From NCBI GenBank assembly GCA_050950825.1, contig JBMNIH010000009.1, forward strand, positions 201,330-265,329: a stretch of 64,000 bases of DNA, written 5' to 3'. Source of the DNA: Clostridia bacterium (GTDB taxonomy: Bacteria > Bacillota > Clostridia > JAAYHZ01). Position 1 is the first letter of the stretch; each line of letters begins with the position of its first letter. Below the pieces are notes generated by a model. It saw only the letters and a program-made list of their open reading frames with translations, ran no database searches and was not told the DNA's origin. The translations under genes and the position numbers were made by a program. Below are positions 21,767 through 32,010 of this stretch, one piece after another.

Positions 21767-23596
21767 ATGGCTAAAGTATTTGTAAACTTCAAAGATCAGC
21801 ATTATACGTTGGAAACCGAGGAAAACAAGGTGCTTTTGGATTTATTGAGAGAAAATAAAATTGACATTCCGGCACCTTGCGGAGGCAAATCGCGATGCGG
21901 TAAATGTACTGTACAAGTGGTAGGCGGTCATGTCAGCGACATGACGGAGCATGAAAAAAACATATTGGGAAAAGAACGCACGGATGCAGGTTACAGGCTG
22001 TCTTGCATGACGAAGGTTCTCGGCGATTGCCGTGTTATTGTACCGGATTTTTCAAGCCAAGCTGCCATTATGACGGATTTATCCGGTATAACCTTTACGG
22101 GAAACGGTATTGTGAATAAATTAACAATAGAATTGAATAAACCCAATGTTCACGACCAGGTATCGGATTTAGAGAGGATAAGTCAAAAGTGCAGTATAAA
22201 ATTATTCGAAAACAATCCGGTCTTTTTAAACAAGCTGCCGAAGCTTTTGCGGCAGCAGGACTTTAAACCTAAAGCCGTATTTATCGAAGGCATGCTTGCC
22301 GATATTCCGGACAGCAACCGCAAGAAAGACTGTTTTGGTATCGCCGTTGATATCGGCACAACGACGGTCGCCGTTTACTTATATGATTTTGTAAGTAAAG
22401 CGCCTTTGGACCAAATGTCCTTCTTAAATCCTCAAAAAGCTTTCGGAGCCGATGTCATTTCCAGAATAGACAGCTGTATTCAATCGGAAGAAAATTTAAT
22501 AAGGCAGAAAAATTTGATAACGGACGGAATTAATCGGAGTATTGAGACCTTATGCAATAAAAACGGATTGGAAAAAGAAGATATTTATACGGTGTCCGTC
22601 GCGGGAAATACCACCATGATGCATTTGTTTATGGGAATATCTCCGGTCAATATCGCTTTTTCGCCGTTTATACCCGTAACAACGGCAATGCACCGATTAA
22701 AGCCTGCAGACGTAGGCATTGCTATCAACCCCAACGGCCTTGTATATGCGCTTCCTTGCATTTCCGGTTACGTAGGAGCGGATACCGTCAGTGCCGTCTA
22801 TGCGGTTGGCATGCATAAAAAGGATAAAGTATCCCTTTTGTGCGATATAGGGACAAACGGAGAGATCGTATTGGGCAACCGCGATGGCTTGTATTCTTGT
22901 TCTACCGCAGCAGGTCCGGCTTTTGAAGGCGCGAATATCAAATGCGGTATCGGCGGTGTCAACGGTGCCATTGACAAGGTGAAAATTAACGAAACGGTAG
23001 AGTATACCGTGATTGGTGGAAATAAAAAGCCTATCGGTATATGCGGATCCGGCGTGGTAGACGTAATTGCCGAAATGTTAGACAAGGGAATTATCGACTA
23101 CACGGGTCGGATTGTAGACAAAGAAGAATTGGATGATTCGGTATCCGACGATATAAAGAATCGGATTATTACATACAACGGAGACAATGCCTTTTTAGTC
23201 GAAACGGCTTCGAAAACCGGCACTTCGGAAGATATCATCATAACGCAAAAAGACGTAAGAGAGCTTCAAAATGCAAAAGCCGCCATTGCTGCAGGTATAT
23301 CGATTCTGACTAAAGAGTCAGGGTATTCCTATGACGATATCGACGTCTTTTATTTAGCCGGGGGCTTCGGTAACTATTTAAAAATCGCCAGTGCCTGCAA
23401 GATCGGTCTGATACCGAAAGAATTGGAAGGCAAAATTAAAGGAGCCGGTAATGCCGCCGGAGCGGGAGCCTTGCTGTTCCTGTCGTCCGAAGATTCCGTC
23501 AAAGAAACGAGTGAGATTAAAAATCTCACCCGTTACATTGAGCTTTCCACAAATCCCGATTTCAGCAATCAATATATTGATTGTATGTTTTTCTAA
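21767..23596 (+). CDS. ASKHA-domain reductive activator of corrinoid enzymes (RACo/DUF4445 type) with N-terminal 2Fe-2S domain
   Basis: CGGKSRCGKC..RLSC ferredoxin, DIGTTT, GADVISRI, DIGTNGE, AAGPAFEG, GICGSG, LAGGFG, GNAAG.GA. Confidence 0.9.
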   Translation: MAKVFVNFKDQHYTLETEENKVLLDLLRENKIDIPAPCGGKSRCGKCTVQVVGGHVSDMTEHEKNILGKERTDAGYRLSCMTKVLGDCRVIVPDFSSQAAIMTDLSGITFTGNGIVNKLTIELNKPNVHDQVSDLERISQKCSIKLFENNPVFLNKLPKLLRQQDFKPKAVFIEGMLADIPDSNRKKDCFGIAVDIGTTTVAVYLYDFVSKAPLDQMSFLNPQKAFGADVISRIDSCIQSEENLIRQKNLITDGINRSIETLCNKNGLEKEDIYTVSVAGNTTMMHLFMGISPVNIAFSPFIPVTTAMHRLKPADVGIAINPNGLVYALPCISGYVGADTVSAVYAVGMHKKDKVSLLCDIGTNGEIVLGNRDGLYSCSTAAGPAFEGANIKCGIGGVNGAIDKVKINETVEYTVIGGNKKPIGICGSGVVDVIAEMLDKGIIDYTGRIVDKEELDDSVSDDIKNRIITYNGDNAFLVETASKTGTSEDIIITQKDVRELQNAKAAIAAGISILTKESGYSYDDIDVFYLAGGFGNYLKIASACKIGLIPKELEGKIKGAGNAAGAGALLFLSSEDSVKETSEIKNLTRYIELSTNPDFSNQYIDCMFF

Positions 23597-23599
23597 GAA

Positions 23600-24679
23600 T
23601 CAATCTTCATCATTATTGATATCGCTGTTTTCAGGCTTCTTCGAATCCTCCGATTCGAAAGAAGCCTTTTCTTCGGATAACGGATTGCTTAAGGCCGCAC
23701 GACGGAGCCGGTTGTTATCCAAGTGGGTATAAATCTCCGTGGTAGAAATGCTTTCGTGTCCTAAAATGCTCTGCAAGGTACGAATATCCACATGACCGTG
23801 CTTATACATCAAGGTTGCAGCCGTATGACGCAGCTTGTGAGTAGAATACCTTTCCGGATCCAAGCCCGCCATTTTAATATACTTCTTCACCAAATACTGT
23901 ACCGTCTTATTACTGATTCTTTGCCTTCTTTCGCTTAAAAACAAGGCGTCTTCATGGCCGGCCAGCGGGGTAGGCCTTACCTTCATATATTCTGCTATGG
24001 CATGAAGGCATGCTTGGTTTAAATAGATGACTCTTTCTTTGTTGCCTTTACCGATAATCGTCAACGTGTCGTTTCGGATTTTGGATATGTTAATATCTAC
24101 CAGTTCCTGTAAACGCAATCCGCAGTTTAAAAATAACGTGATAATGGCGTAATCCCGAATCTCATGTTTGCCGTCAATGGAATTTAATAGGCTTTTGCTG
24201 TCTTTTAAGTCTAAATAACGCGGAAGGCGCTTCATGATTTTCGGCGATTCCAATTCGGTTGCAGGATTCGATTTTAAAATACCGGCTTTCGTATGTAAGT
24301 ATTTAAAAAAGGATCGTATGCTGGCAACTTTACGGGCTCGTGCCGAAGCATTGTTTTGCCGATATTTGCTTAAAAAAGACATGTAAGCATACAAATCGCT
24401 TAAAACGACGCTTTGCAGCAAATTTTCTTGAACGTCCGATATATCGATGGAATCGATTTTTTCGCGATCGTTTAAATCCGCAACTTTAACCAAACCTTTT
24501 TTAATCTTTAAAAACCTTAAAAACAATCGTAAATCGTAAAGATATTCTTTAACGGTTTGCGGAGATTTTCCGCGAATGGTTTCCATATAGATTAAAAAAT
24601 CATCTAATATCGGCGGTATTGCGGTTTCGTTAAGCACCGGTTCCTGAGCGTTTGTTTTTGCAGTTTTGGCATCTTCCAT
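23600..24679 (-). CDS. xerC: XerC/XerD-like tyrosine recombinase
   Basis: ARKVASIRSFFKYL, NCGLR..EL, GKGNKER, HKLRHTAAT, LGH.SISTTEIYTH. Confidence 0.8.
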   Translation of the reverse strand: MEDAKTAKTNAQEPVLNETAIPPILDDFLIYMETIRGKSPQTVKEYLYDLRLFLRFLKIKKGLVKVADLNDREKIDSIDISDVQENLLQSVVLSDLYAYMSFLSKYRQNNASARARKVASIRSFFKYLHTKAGILKSNPATELESPKIMKRLPRYLDLKDSKSLLNSIDGKHEIRDYAIITLFLNCGLRLQELVDINISKIRNDTLTIIGKGNKERVIYLNQACLHAIAEYMKVRPTPLAGHEDALFLSERRQRISNKTVQYLVKKYIKMAGLDPERYSTHKLRHTAATLMYKHGHVDIRTLQSILGHESISTTEIYTHLDNNRLRRAALSNPLSEEKASFESEDSKKPENSDINNDED

Positions 24680-24751
24680 GCTTAAATTCTCCCCTCGATT
24701 ATACAAAATATTTATTTTGTCTAATCGCATGTTAATTCAAAAAATTCCTCC

Positions 24752-25585
24752 CTAAGCCTGTTCGTTGAATTTTAAAACGCGATCGCGAATTTCACAAAAG
24801 TTGTTTTTATTTACGTATTCCAATATAAACGGTTTGCCTTCGGCATATCGATGATACAATCGTAAGAATTTCGGCCAATCGATTTCACCGTCACCGACAA
24901 CACGACCTTTGGCATCGTTCACTTTACGATCTTTACCGTGTATGTATGCCAAAAAATCTTTTAAATAATGAAACATGTCTTCTTCGGAGCTGTTTGCGAT
25001 TAAATTCGCGGGATCCAATAAAATCTTTACATTGTCTTCGGCTACTTGGTTTATAAAATCATGAGCTCTTTTGGCGCTCGGTACAATATCAATAACGGAC
25101 GGCTCCAAAACCACCGATACGTTGTATTTTTTACCGATTTTCGCTAAAGTCCTAAAAGAATATAACAAGCGTTGAAAAGTCTCTTCAAAAGTATCCGCCC
25201 ATAAACCTCGTTTGCCGGTAATAAATCCGCATTCGGTAGCTACATACGGGATTCCGTTATTTGAAGCGATTTGAATATGGCGTTCGAAATAATTGATATT
25301 TTCTTCCAATTCTTTATCATCCGGTTCAATTAAATTGGTAAACACGCCGATCACAGGTATTTCAATTCCTCGATCGGTGTATGTTTTTACCACTTCCTCC
25401 GCTTTTTCATCCGTGAGGGTTGATAAATCCGACCTCCCGTTATACACCCAATACTTGCTGTCTTTGCATGCGAAGCACAATTCGGTTACGAAAAATCCGT
25501 TGCTTTGCATCAATTCCGCAGCTTCCTTGTTCGTTAATTCCGGAAAAGACCTTGACACGACACCGACTTTCAGCATATCCGGCAC
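24752..25585 (-). CDS. Sugar phosphate isomerase/epimerase (xylose-isomerase-like TIM barrel)
   Basis: LEP, LDPANL, HGKD, G.G.IDW, ILE metal-ligand pattern. Confidence 0.82.
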   Translation of the reverse strand: MPDMLKVGVVSRSFPELTNKEAAELMQSNGFFVTELCFACKDSKYWVYNGRSDLSTLTDEKAEEVVKTYTDRGIEIPVIGVFTNLIEPDDKELEENINYFERHIQIASNNGIPYVATECGFITGKRGLWADTFEETFQRLLYSFRTLAKIGKKYNVSVVLEPSVIDIVPSAKRAHDFINQVAEDNVKILLDPANLIANSSEEDMFHYLKDFLAYIHGKDRKVNDAKGRVVGDGEIDWPKFLRLYHRYAEGKPFILEYVNKNNFCEIRDRVLKFNEQA

Positions 25586-25772
25586 CTCGTTTTTTAAATT
25601 TTATGCAATATATCACATATATTTATATCACATTTTCCAAAACAAGTATATGTTTTTCCAAATAATCGTACGAATCGTACAATTGTTCTGTTTCGATAAA
25701 TAATAAATTGCGCAGGTTTCGTGGTTGTGCTATAATTTATGGATAGATAAATTAACGGGTCTGAGGTTGATC

Positions 25773-27524
25773 ATGAGCAAAAAAAGCTTTCTATTCATAC
25801 TTACTGTTTTGCTTTCCTTTTCTCTTACGGGATGTACCGTTGTAGGCGATATGGTCGATGCATACAAAAAGGCGTCTCGTAGCTTCTATTTTAATGACAA
25901 TGTAGCCCCTACCCTACGCTATATCGATCAGGAAGACAAAGAAAAAAAGGAAGAAGAAGAATTGAATCCGGCAATGAAGCGCTATTTGGAAATAGGAAAA
26001 AACAAAACCTATTATCCGGCTGTTAACGTAAGCGGATTATCCATTGACAAGAATGCCGATTTGGGTCAATTTTCTTTCGATCATGATATCATTTATAAGG
26101 GCGAAAAAGTGAAGAACTATAAAAGGGATGAGAGCATCTCTTTTCCGAAAGCCCAAGATTATAGCTTTATTGAAGGAATTACGGCTTTTCGCGGAAATCA
26201 CTACCGCAATACGGCTTCTTACGGTGTAGCGGATATAAAGTCGGGCAAATTGGAGCAGATTTGGGAAGTAAGCATCGGCTATATCGATACTTGGACCGGG
26301 GTCGGCTGGACCGGACAGCCTGTGATTGTTAAATGGCCGGAAAGTACAAAGCTTGCCATGAATCTGTATTCCGATAAAAAGATAAAAAGCGATTTAAAAG
26401 AAGTGATTTACGGAACATTGGACGGGAATATCTATTTTCTTGATTTGGAGGACGGTTCGAAAACCCGTGCTCCCATCAACACCGGCTTTCCCATAAAAGG
26501 GTCGGTATCCGTAGATCCGAGGGGCTATCCCCTGCTGTTTGCAGGCCAAGGCATCAACACCAACGCCAATGCCCAAAGCGATTGTAAATTAAGAATATTC
26601 AATTTATTGGACCAATCATTATTATTTGAGTTAAGCGGTAACGATCCTCACGCATACCGTGCTTGGAATGCTTTCGATTCGAACGCATTGATAGATGCAA
26701 AAACCGACACACTGATCCAAGCCGGAGAAAACGGGATCATATACACGGCCAAATTAAACAGCGAGTATGACGAATCGGAAAGGAAGATTTCCATCAATCC
26801 GGAATTTTCTAATTATCGCTACAACTCTCCTTACGGAACCGGTTTAGGAGTTGAAAACTCCCCGGTAGTATACCGTAACCTTATTTACTTTGTCGATAAC
26901 ACCGGATTTTTGCAATGCGTGGATTTGAATACCCTCACCCCTGTCTGGGCATATAACGTTACGGATGACACGGATAGCACCCTTGTCTTAGAAGAAATTT
27001 CGGATAACGAGGTATTCCTGTATACCGCTTGCGAAGTGGACTTGCAAAAAGACGGCGGCTCTGCGTACATAAGAAAGTTTAATGCATTGACCGGAAAGCT
27101 GCTTTGGGAAAAAAGCTTCAAATGCCATTATGATGCCAATGTCAACGGCGGTGTATTGGCAACTCCCGCCATGGGCGAATATGCCGTAAGCCATTTGATC
27201 TTTTATAACATTGCGAAAACCGTCAATACACCGGGATACGGGCTTTTATGCGCCATGGACAAGAATACAGGCGATATAGTTTGGCAAGTTCCTCAGGACT
27301 TTTATTCTTGGAGTTCACCGGTATTGGTTTACGATCCGAAAGGAAAAGGTTATTTGGTAGCGTGCGATTCCGGAGGAAAAATGTCGCTATACGATGCACT
27401 GTCCGGCAAATTGTTGGATTCGATTTCTTTAGGATCCAATGTGGAAGGTTCTCCGGCCGTTTATGATAATATGATTGTCATAGGAACCCGAGGTCAAAAG
27501 ATTATCGGCGTCAAGATCAAATAA
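25773..27524 (+). CDS. PQQ-binding-like beta-propeller lipoprotein 1
   Basis: Lipobox LTGC, repeated D..TG...W blades, FRGN..RN, WTGVGWTGQP, SSPV. Confidence 0.75.
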   Translation: MSKKSFLFILTVLLSFSLTGCTVVGDMVDAYKKASRSFYFNDNVAPTLRYIDQEDKEKKEEEELNPAMKRYLEIGKNKTYYPAVNVSGLSIDKNADLGQFSFDHDIIYKGEKVKNYKRDESISFPKAQDYSFIEGITAFRGNHYRNTASYGVADIKSGKLEQIWEVSIGYIDTWTGVGWTGQPVIVKWPESTKLAMNLYSDKKIKSDLKEVIYGTLDGNIYFLDLEDGSKTRAPINTGFPIKGSVSVDPRGYPLLFAGQGINTNANAQSDCKLRIFNLLDQSLLFELSGNDPHAYRAWNAFDSNALIDAKTDTLIQAGENGIIYTAKLNSEYDESERKISINPEFSNYRYNSPYGTGLGVENSPVVYRNLIYFVDNTGFLQCVDLNTLTPVWAYNVTDDTDSTLVLEEISDNEVFLYTACEVDLQKDGGSAYIRKFNALTGKLLWEKSFKCHYDANVNGGVLATPAMGEYAVSHLIFYNIAKTVNTPGYGLLCAMDKNTGDIVWQVPQDFYSWSSPVLVYDPKGKGYLVACDSGGKMSLYDALSGKLLDSISLGSNVEGSPAVYDNMIVIGTRGQKIIGVKIK

Positions 27525-27554
27525 CGCTTGTACTCCGTTGAGAAAGGACTTTCA

Positions 27555-29279
27555 ATGAAAAAACTTATTCTGTTATGTGTGGTAATCCTTTTTTTAATAC
27601 AGATTTCCTGTGCCCGGGTAGAATTTTTGGAACCCGACTCTAGTCTTCCGAAAGAAGATCGGTCCGGTTTCAAGTTTGTTTACGACCAAGAGCAATATCC
27701 TCCTCAAAAACCGAAAGAAGAGGATTCCTTCGGGCGGTATTTGGATTTATCCTTAATAAAAGTATATCCTGCCCCCGTTGACACGAGCAAATTAATCATC
27801 CATCCCTCTTCGGAGATTTCAAAACACAACGGTTATTCGTACAGTATCATACATAAGAATCAAACGGTTTCGTCATATAAAAGGGATTATGTCATTTCCT
27901 TCCCTTCCCCGCAGTATTACAATTCCGTCGAAGGGATCCTTTCTTTCCGCGGAAACAATTACCGAAACACATCGGCATACGGTTTGGCGGATGTTAAGGA
28001 GAAAAAGCTGGAGATCGTTTGGGATAATTTCATCGGTTCTATCGATACGTGGACCGGTGTCGGATGGACAGGCCAGCCGGCATTGGTAAAATGGCCTGAA
28101 GAAACCAAAGCCGTCATGAATATCGACCCGGAGAAAAAAGCCGATAAGGATTTGGTGGAAGTCATTTATGCAACCATGGACGGAAATATCTATTTTTTGG
28201 ATTTAAAGGACGGCAAAAATACTCGCCCTCCCATTAATACCGGCTTCCCCATCAAAGGATCCGTTGCCGTAGATCCGAGAGGCTATCCTTTGCTTTATTC
28301 CGGCCAAGGAGTAAACTCCAATAAAGGCGTTTATGCGGATTTTAAATTCAGAATATTCAGTCTTATCGATCAAAAACAGCTGTATACGATATCCGGAAAC
28401 GATCCATACCAATACCGAGCTTGGGGTGCATTCGATTCTTGCGCTTTAATCGACGGGAATACGGACACGTTAATCCAAGCCGGAGAAAACGGAATCATCT
28501 ATACGGCAAAACTGAATACGAAATACAATCCTTCGGAAAAAACCATATCCATCGATCCGGAGTTTACGAATTATCGGTATAAAACGCCCTACGGTACCTT
28601 GGGCGTCGAAAATTCACCCGTAGGATACAAAAACCTATTGTATTTTACCGATAACTCCGGTCTTTTGCATTGCTTGGACTTAAACACCATGACACCCGTC
28701 TGGGCTCACTATGTCAATGACGATTCCGATGCCACCATGGTTCTTGAAGAATTGTCGGAAAACGAAGTCTATATTTACACCGCTAACGAAATCGATCTTC
28801 AAGGTCCCGGCGGCTCCTCCTATATGCGAAAATTCAATGCATTAACCGGAGAAAAAATATGGGAGAAAAGCATACAATGCTATTACGATAAGGATATAAA
28901 CGGAGGAGCTTTGGCCTCCCCCGTCTTAGGCGAAATGAACCTTTCGGACTATATCTACTTTAACATAGCAAGAACATCCGAAAGCCCGTGGGGCGGGATT
29001 CTGTATTGCTTTGATAAAAAAACCGGAGATGTAGTCTGGGAAAAGACACTAGGCTATTATTGCTGGAGTTCTCCCGTCGCCGTATACGATTTCGATCAAA
29101 AAGGTTATTTGATTCTGTGCGATTCCGGCGGATATATGCATTTGATTGACGGAAAAACCGGCGAAACTCTCGACAAAATTGCTCTGAACGCAAACGTTGA
29201 AGCATCTCCTGCCGTTTATGAAAACATGGTGGTAGTCGGTACAAGAGGTCAGCAAATCTTCGGTGTCCGAATTAAGTAA
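27555..29279 (+). CDS. PQQ-binding-like beta-propeller lipoprotein 2 (tandem paralog)
   Basis: Signal peptide ending QISC. Long blocks identical to the upstream gene (DTWTGVGWTGQP, INTGFPIKGSV.VDPRGYPLL, TDTLIQAGENGIIYTAKLN). Confidence 0.75.
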   Translation: MKKLILLCVVILFLIQISCARVEFLEPDSSLPKEDRSGFKFVYDQEQYPPQKPKEEDSFGRYLDLSLIKVYPAPVDTSKLIIHPSSEISKHNGYSYSIIHKNQTVSSYKRDYVISFPSPQYYNSVEGILSFRGNNYRNTSAYGLADVKEKKLEIVWDNFIGSIDTWTGVGWTGQPALVKWPEETKAVMNIDPEKKADKDLVEVIYATMDGNIYFLDLKDGKNTRPPINTGFPIKGSVAVDPRGYPLLYSGQGVNSNKGVYADFKFRIFSLIDQKQLYTISGNDPYQYRAWGAFDSCALIDGNTDTLIQAGENGIIYTAKLNTKYNPSEKTISIDPEFTNYRYKTPYGTLGVENSPVGYKNLLYFTDNSGLLHCLDLNTMTPVWAHYVNDDSDATMVLEELSENEVYIYTANEIDLQGPGGSSYMRKFNALTGEKIWEKSIQCYYDKDINGGALASPVLGEMNLSDYIYFNIARTSESPWGGILYCFDKKTGDVVWEKTLGYYCWSSPVAVYDFDQKGYLILCDSGGYMHLIDGKTGETLDKIALNANVEASPAVYENMVVVGTRGQQIFGVRIK

Positions 29280-29283
29280 ATAA

Positions 29284-29805
29284 TTATTGCTTCTTTCTTA
29301 AACTTTGAATTTGCATCAAATTTCGAAACGGCGGATAAACCGCCAAAAGAATACAGAGATTTAATAAAATCGCCCCCGGATGAACCGTATCTTTTGATGT
29401 AAGGAACATAAAAATCTTAAATCCATACGGAATGATGATCGCAAGCCCGGTGATGATGCCGGGCGTCAGTTTTTTTAATTGAATGCTCGCAAGCAAATGG
29501 ATGAACGTATGTAAAAACAAAAACACGGTTATCGCGGCAAGCATGTTGTATCTTCGAAGCTCTGCGGAATACAAAGTAACAAGGGTTATGGCGGCAAACT
29601 CCACAAAAGCGGTAGCATAAAAATAGGATGAAGACATAACCGTAAAAAATCGCAGTCTTTTCATCCTTTTGCCGGGGAATTTTAGAACAATGTCTTCAAA
29701 AGGGTCCCTTGTATTGTCCTGTACCATGATCATCTCTTCGAAGCGATGCAGCATAAAAACTACCGGCAATAGCCACAACAATGTATATTCACTGATATAG
29801 ACCAT
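29284..29805 (-). CDS. HXXEE-domain membrane protein
   Basis: WLLPVVFMLHRFEEM, later H...HL and TPG..TG, several hydrophobic segments. Confidence 0.75.
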   Translation of the reverse strand: MVYISEYTLLWLLPVVFMLHRFEEMIMVQDNTRDPFEDIVLKFPGKRMKRLRFFTVMSSSYFYATAFVEFAAITLVTLYSAELRRYNMLAAITVFLFLHTFIHLLASIQLKKLTPGIITGLAIIIPYGFKIFMFLTSKDTVHPGAILLNLCILLAVYPPFRNLMQIQSLRKKQ

Positions 29806-30021
29806 ATTTGACTCCCTGACTTGTCTTCTTTTTAATACTATTCTTTTTATTTCAGAATATTCCAATCGAAAGTAATCCGTCTATTCACGGTATAAATGGA
29901 AATTATCGTAGAACTATAATATCTTGCCATGAATAATTGTATATTGGCAAGTTTCCGTATTAACGCTCCATTTTACGTAATGTATAATGAATGGAAAATA
30001 GATCAAAGGAGGAGAGACCGA

Positions 30022-31861
30022 ATGAAAAGGCTTCTATGTTTATTATTGGTTTTGATGTTGGCCATTTCTGTTGTAGCTTGTTCAAAATCGGAAGGCGATT
30101 CTAAAGTTACCACGACACCGAAGTCGACGACCGCCCAAGGTACAACAACTACACAGGAACCGGAGAAAAATCCTTTCGAAGAGTTTTTCGAAATAACTTG
30201 GTTTGTTCAGACAAATCAAACGTATACCGAAGAACGCTGGGACGAAAAGGAATTGGAAGAATTGTTTAACGTGGAAATCCACGTTTGGCCGGAAGACAGC
30301 GGCAACACGGAAAGAACATCCATGATGATTGCTGCCGGAGAAATCGCCGACTTTTTCTTCATGCCCGGTGCTCCGATGGACCCGTATGACATGTATGAAA
30401 ACGGCTTAATTCGTTCCATTACTCTGCAGCAAATGCGTGACTGGATTCCGGGTTATGTTGCCGACCTGGAAAAAATCCCCGTAGGATTTTTGTATCACCT
30501 TGTGCCCGGTAAAACGGACGAATATATCGGATTTTCTCACGTCAATATCGGGAACTGTCAATATTTCTATGACGCTGCTTGTATTAACTTGGATTGGCTG
30601 GAAGCCATCGGGTACGGTGTGGATACAAGCAACTTAAAATCCGCTTATTACGATCCGGAAGGCGAATTTGCATATTTCAACAACAAGATCTATTTTGCTC
30701 ATAATCTGTTTACGTTCGAAGAGCTCAACGACATTTTGAAGAAATTCACGGAAGAAGACCCGGACGGCAACGGCGTTGACGATACATTCGGTATGCTGTA
30801 TATGCCCGAAAGTTCTTCTACGAACTTTGTTCAAGAAGGGTTATTCGGATTCGTTGACGATGTAACCTACCTGTACAAGGATCCTGTCACCGGAGACATC
30901 GTGCCCAAATATGCTTACACCTACTACAAGGATTACTTGGCATGGGTATCCGATATGCTTCAGAAAGGATATATGGTAAGACTGCCCGGCGAACGTAGCT
31001 GGTATGATGAATACCAAGAATTGACTCGTACTAACAAATACGGTATCATGGGCATCAACGGCGGCGGTTACTATTCCTTGACCAGCGATTCCTATAGAGT
31101 ATTGCCTCCTCAAAACATTATTCTCGATACGGACAAAACCGCTCGTTTCATCGTAGGTCCCCTGTTAAACGGTCCGAACGGAAGAGCCGGAAGCCGTACA
31201 TACGGTCTTGACCCCTATAGCCCTGCAGGATCTTGGAGATTGCAAATGATCGGCGGTCAAGTGAGCGATCCGAAGCTGCAAAGAATTTGCGCGATCCTTC
31301 AATACACCACCTTCGACGGCAATGGAATCTACAAGAGCAGATACTATCGAGGAATTGAAGGCATCCACTATACTTGGGAAGGTGAACCCGAATGGAGCTT
31401 GATGAAGACCGTTCCTTTGGATCAACAACCGGCGGAATATAAATTCTTCGGCAATAAGCTATACATTCTTCTTGTGGAACTTCCCGTCCACAATTAAAGA
31501 AAGCGTAGAAAAAGCAAAGAGAACGGGACAATGGAGCTTTATGACCTACGTTCATGATAACAACCTGTTCCAATATTACGCCATCGATCCGTTAAAACAA
31601 ACTTCGGAAGCTTACATGGGTAGAGCGTTGTGGAATGCGTACAGAGAAGACAAGAGCGAAGTGGATCCTCAGCTGAACCCCATTATCAACGACTTTAAGA
31701 CTCGCGTACTTAACGGTGAAATTGCCAATATCAATACGGAATGGAACCAATACATTGATCAGCTTTATGCAAACGGGCTGCAAATGTTGATAGACAAATA
31801 CTTCAACAATCCCGAATTTGTCGAGTACGATCCGGGTCAAAAATACACCATGGTCGAATAA
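30022..31861 (+). CDS. Solute-binding lipoprotein, paralog B, split by one extra base near 31455
   Basis: Lipobox VVAC. Colinear with paralog A across ORFs 29929-31497 and 31472-31861. Removing one A in GGCAATAAGC restores GNSYTFFLWNFP. Real mutation or read error is unresolved. Confidence 0.78.
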
Positions 31862-31893
31862 TTGTTAAAACCTTGAGATATTGAAAATCTCTT

Positions 31894-31937
31894 AAGAAGG
31901 TGTTGCTCGATTCTTACGAAGCAACACCTTCTTTTTC
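31894..31937 (+). terminator. Intrinsic terminator after paralog B
   Basis: AAGAAGGTGTTGCT / AGCAACACCTTCTT followed by a T-run. Confidence 0.8.
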
Positions 31938-32010
31938 CTTCTAAGCATTGACACACCGGCAAATTCTTTGTACGGTTAAATTAAAAGAACAAATAAGGCA
32001 GGTGTAACCA

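Noticed and set aside
25608-25633. TATATCACAT direct repeat upstream of the sugar isomerase gene
   Set aside because: Short and in AT-rich DNA, with no adjacent regulator. It cannot be distinguished from chance by eye.
31440-31500. Programmed frameshift or phase variation in SBP paralog B
   Set aside because: No slippery heptamer or long homopolymer at the break. A single extra A fits mutation or read error better.
16886-31861. Diversity-generating retroelement acting on the SBP paralogs
   Set aside because: No reverse transcriptase in the window. Differences in the conserved blocks I compared are mostly at third codon positions, not adenine-specific.
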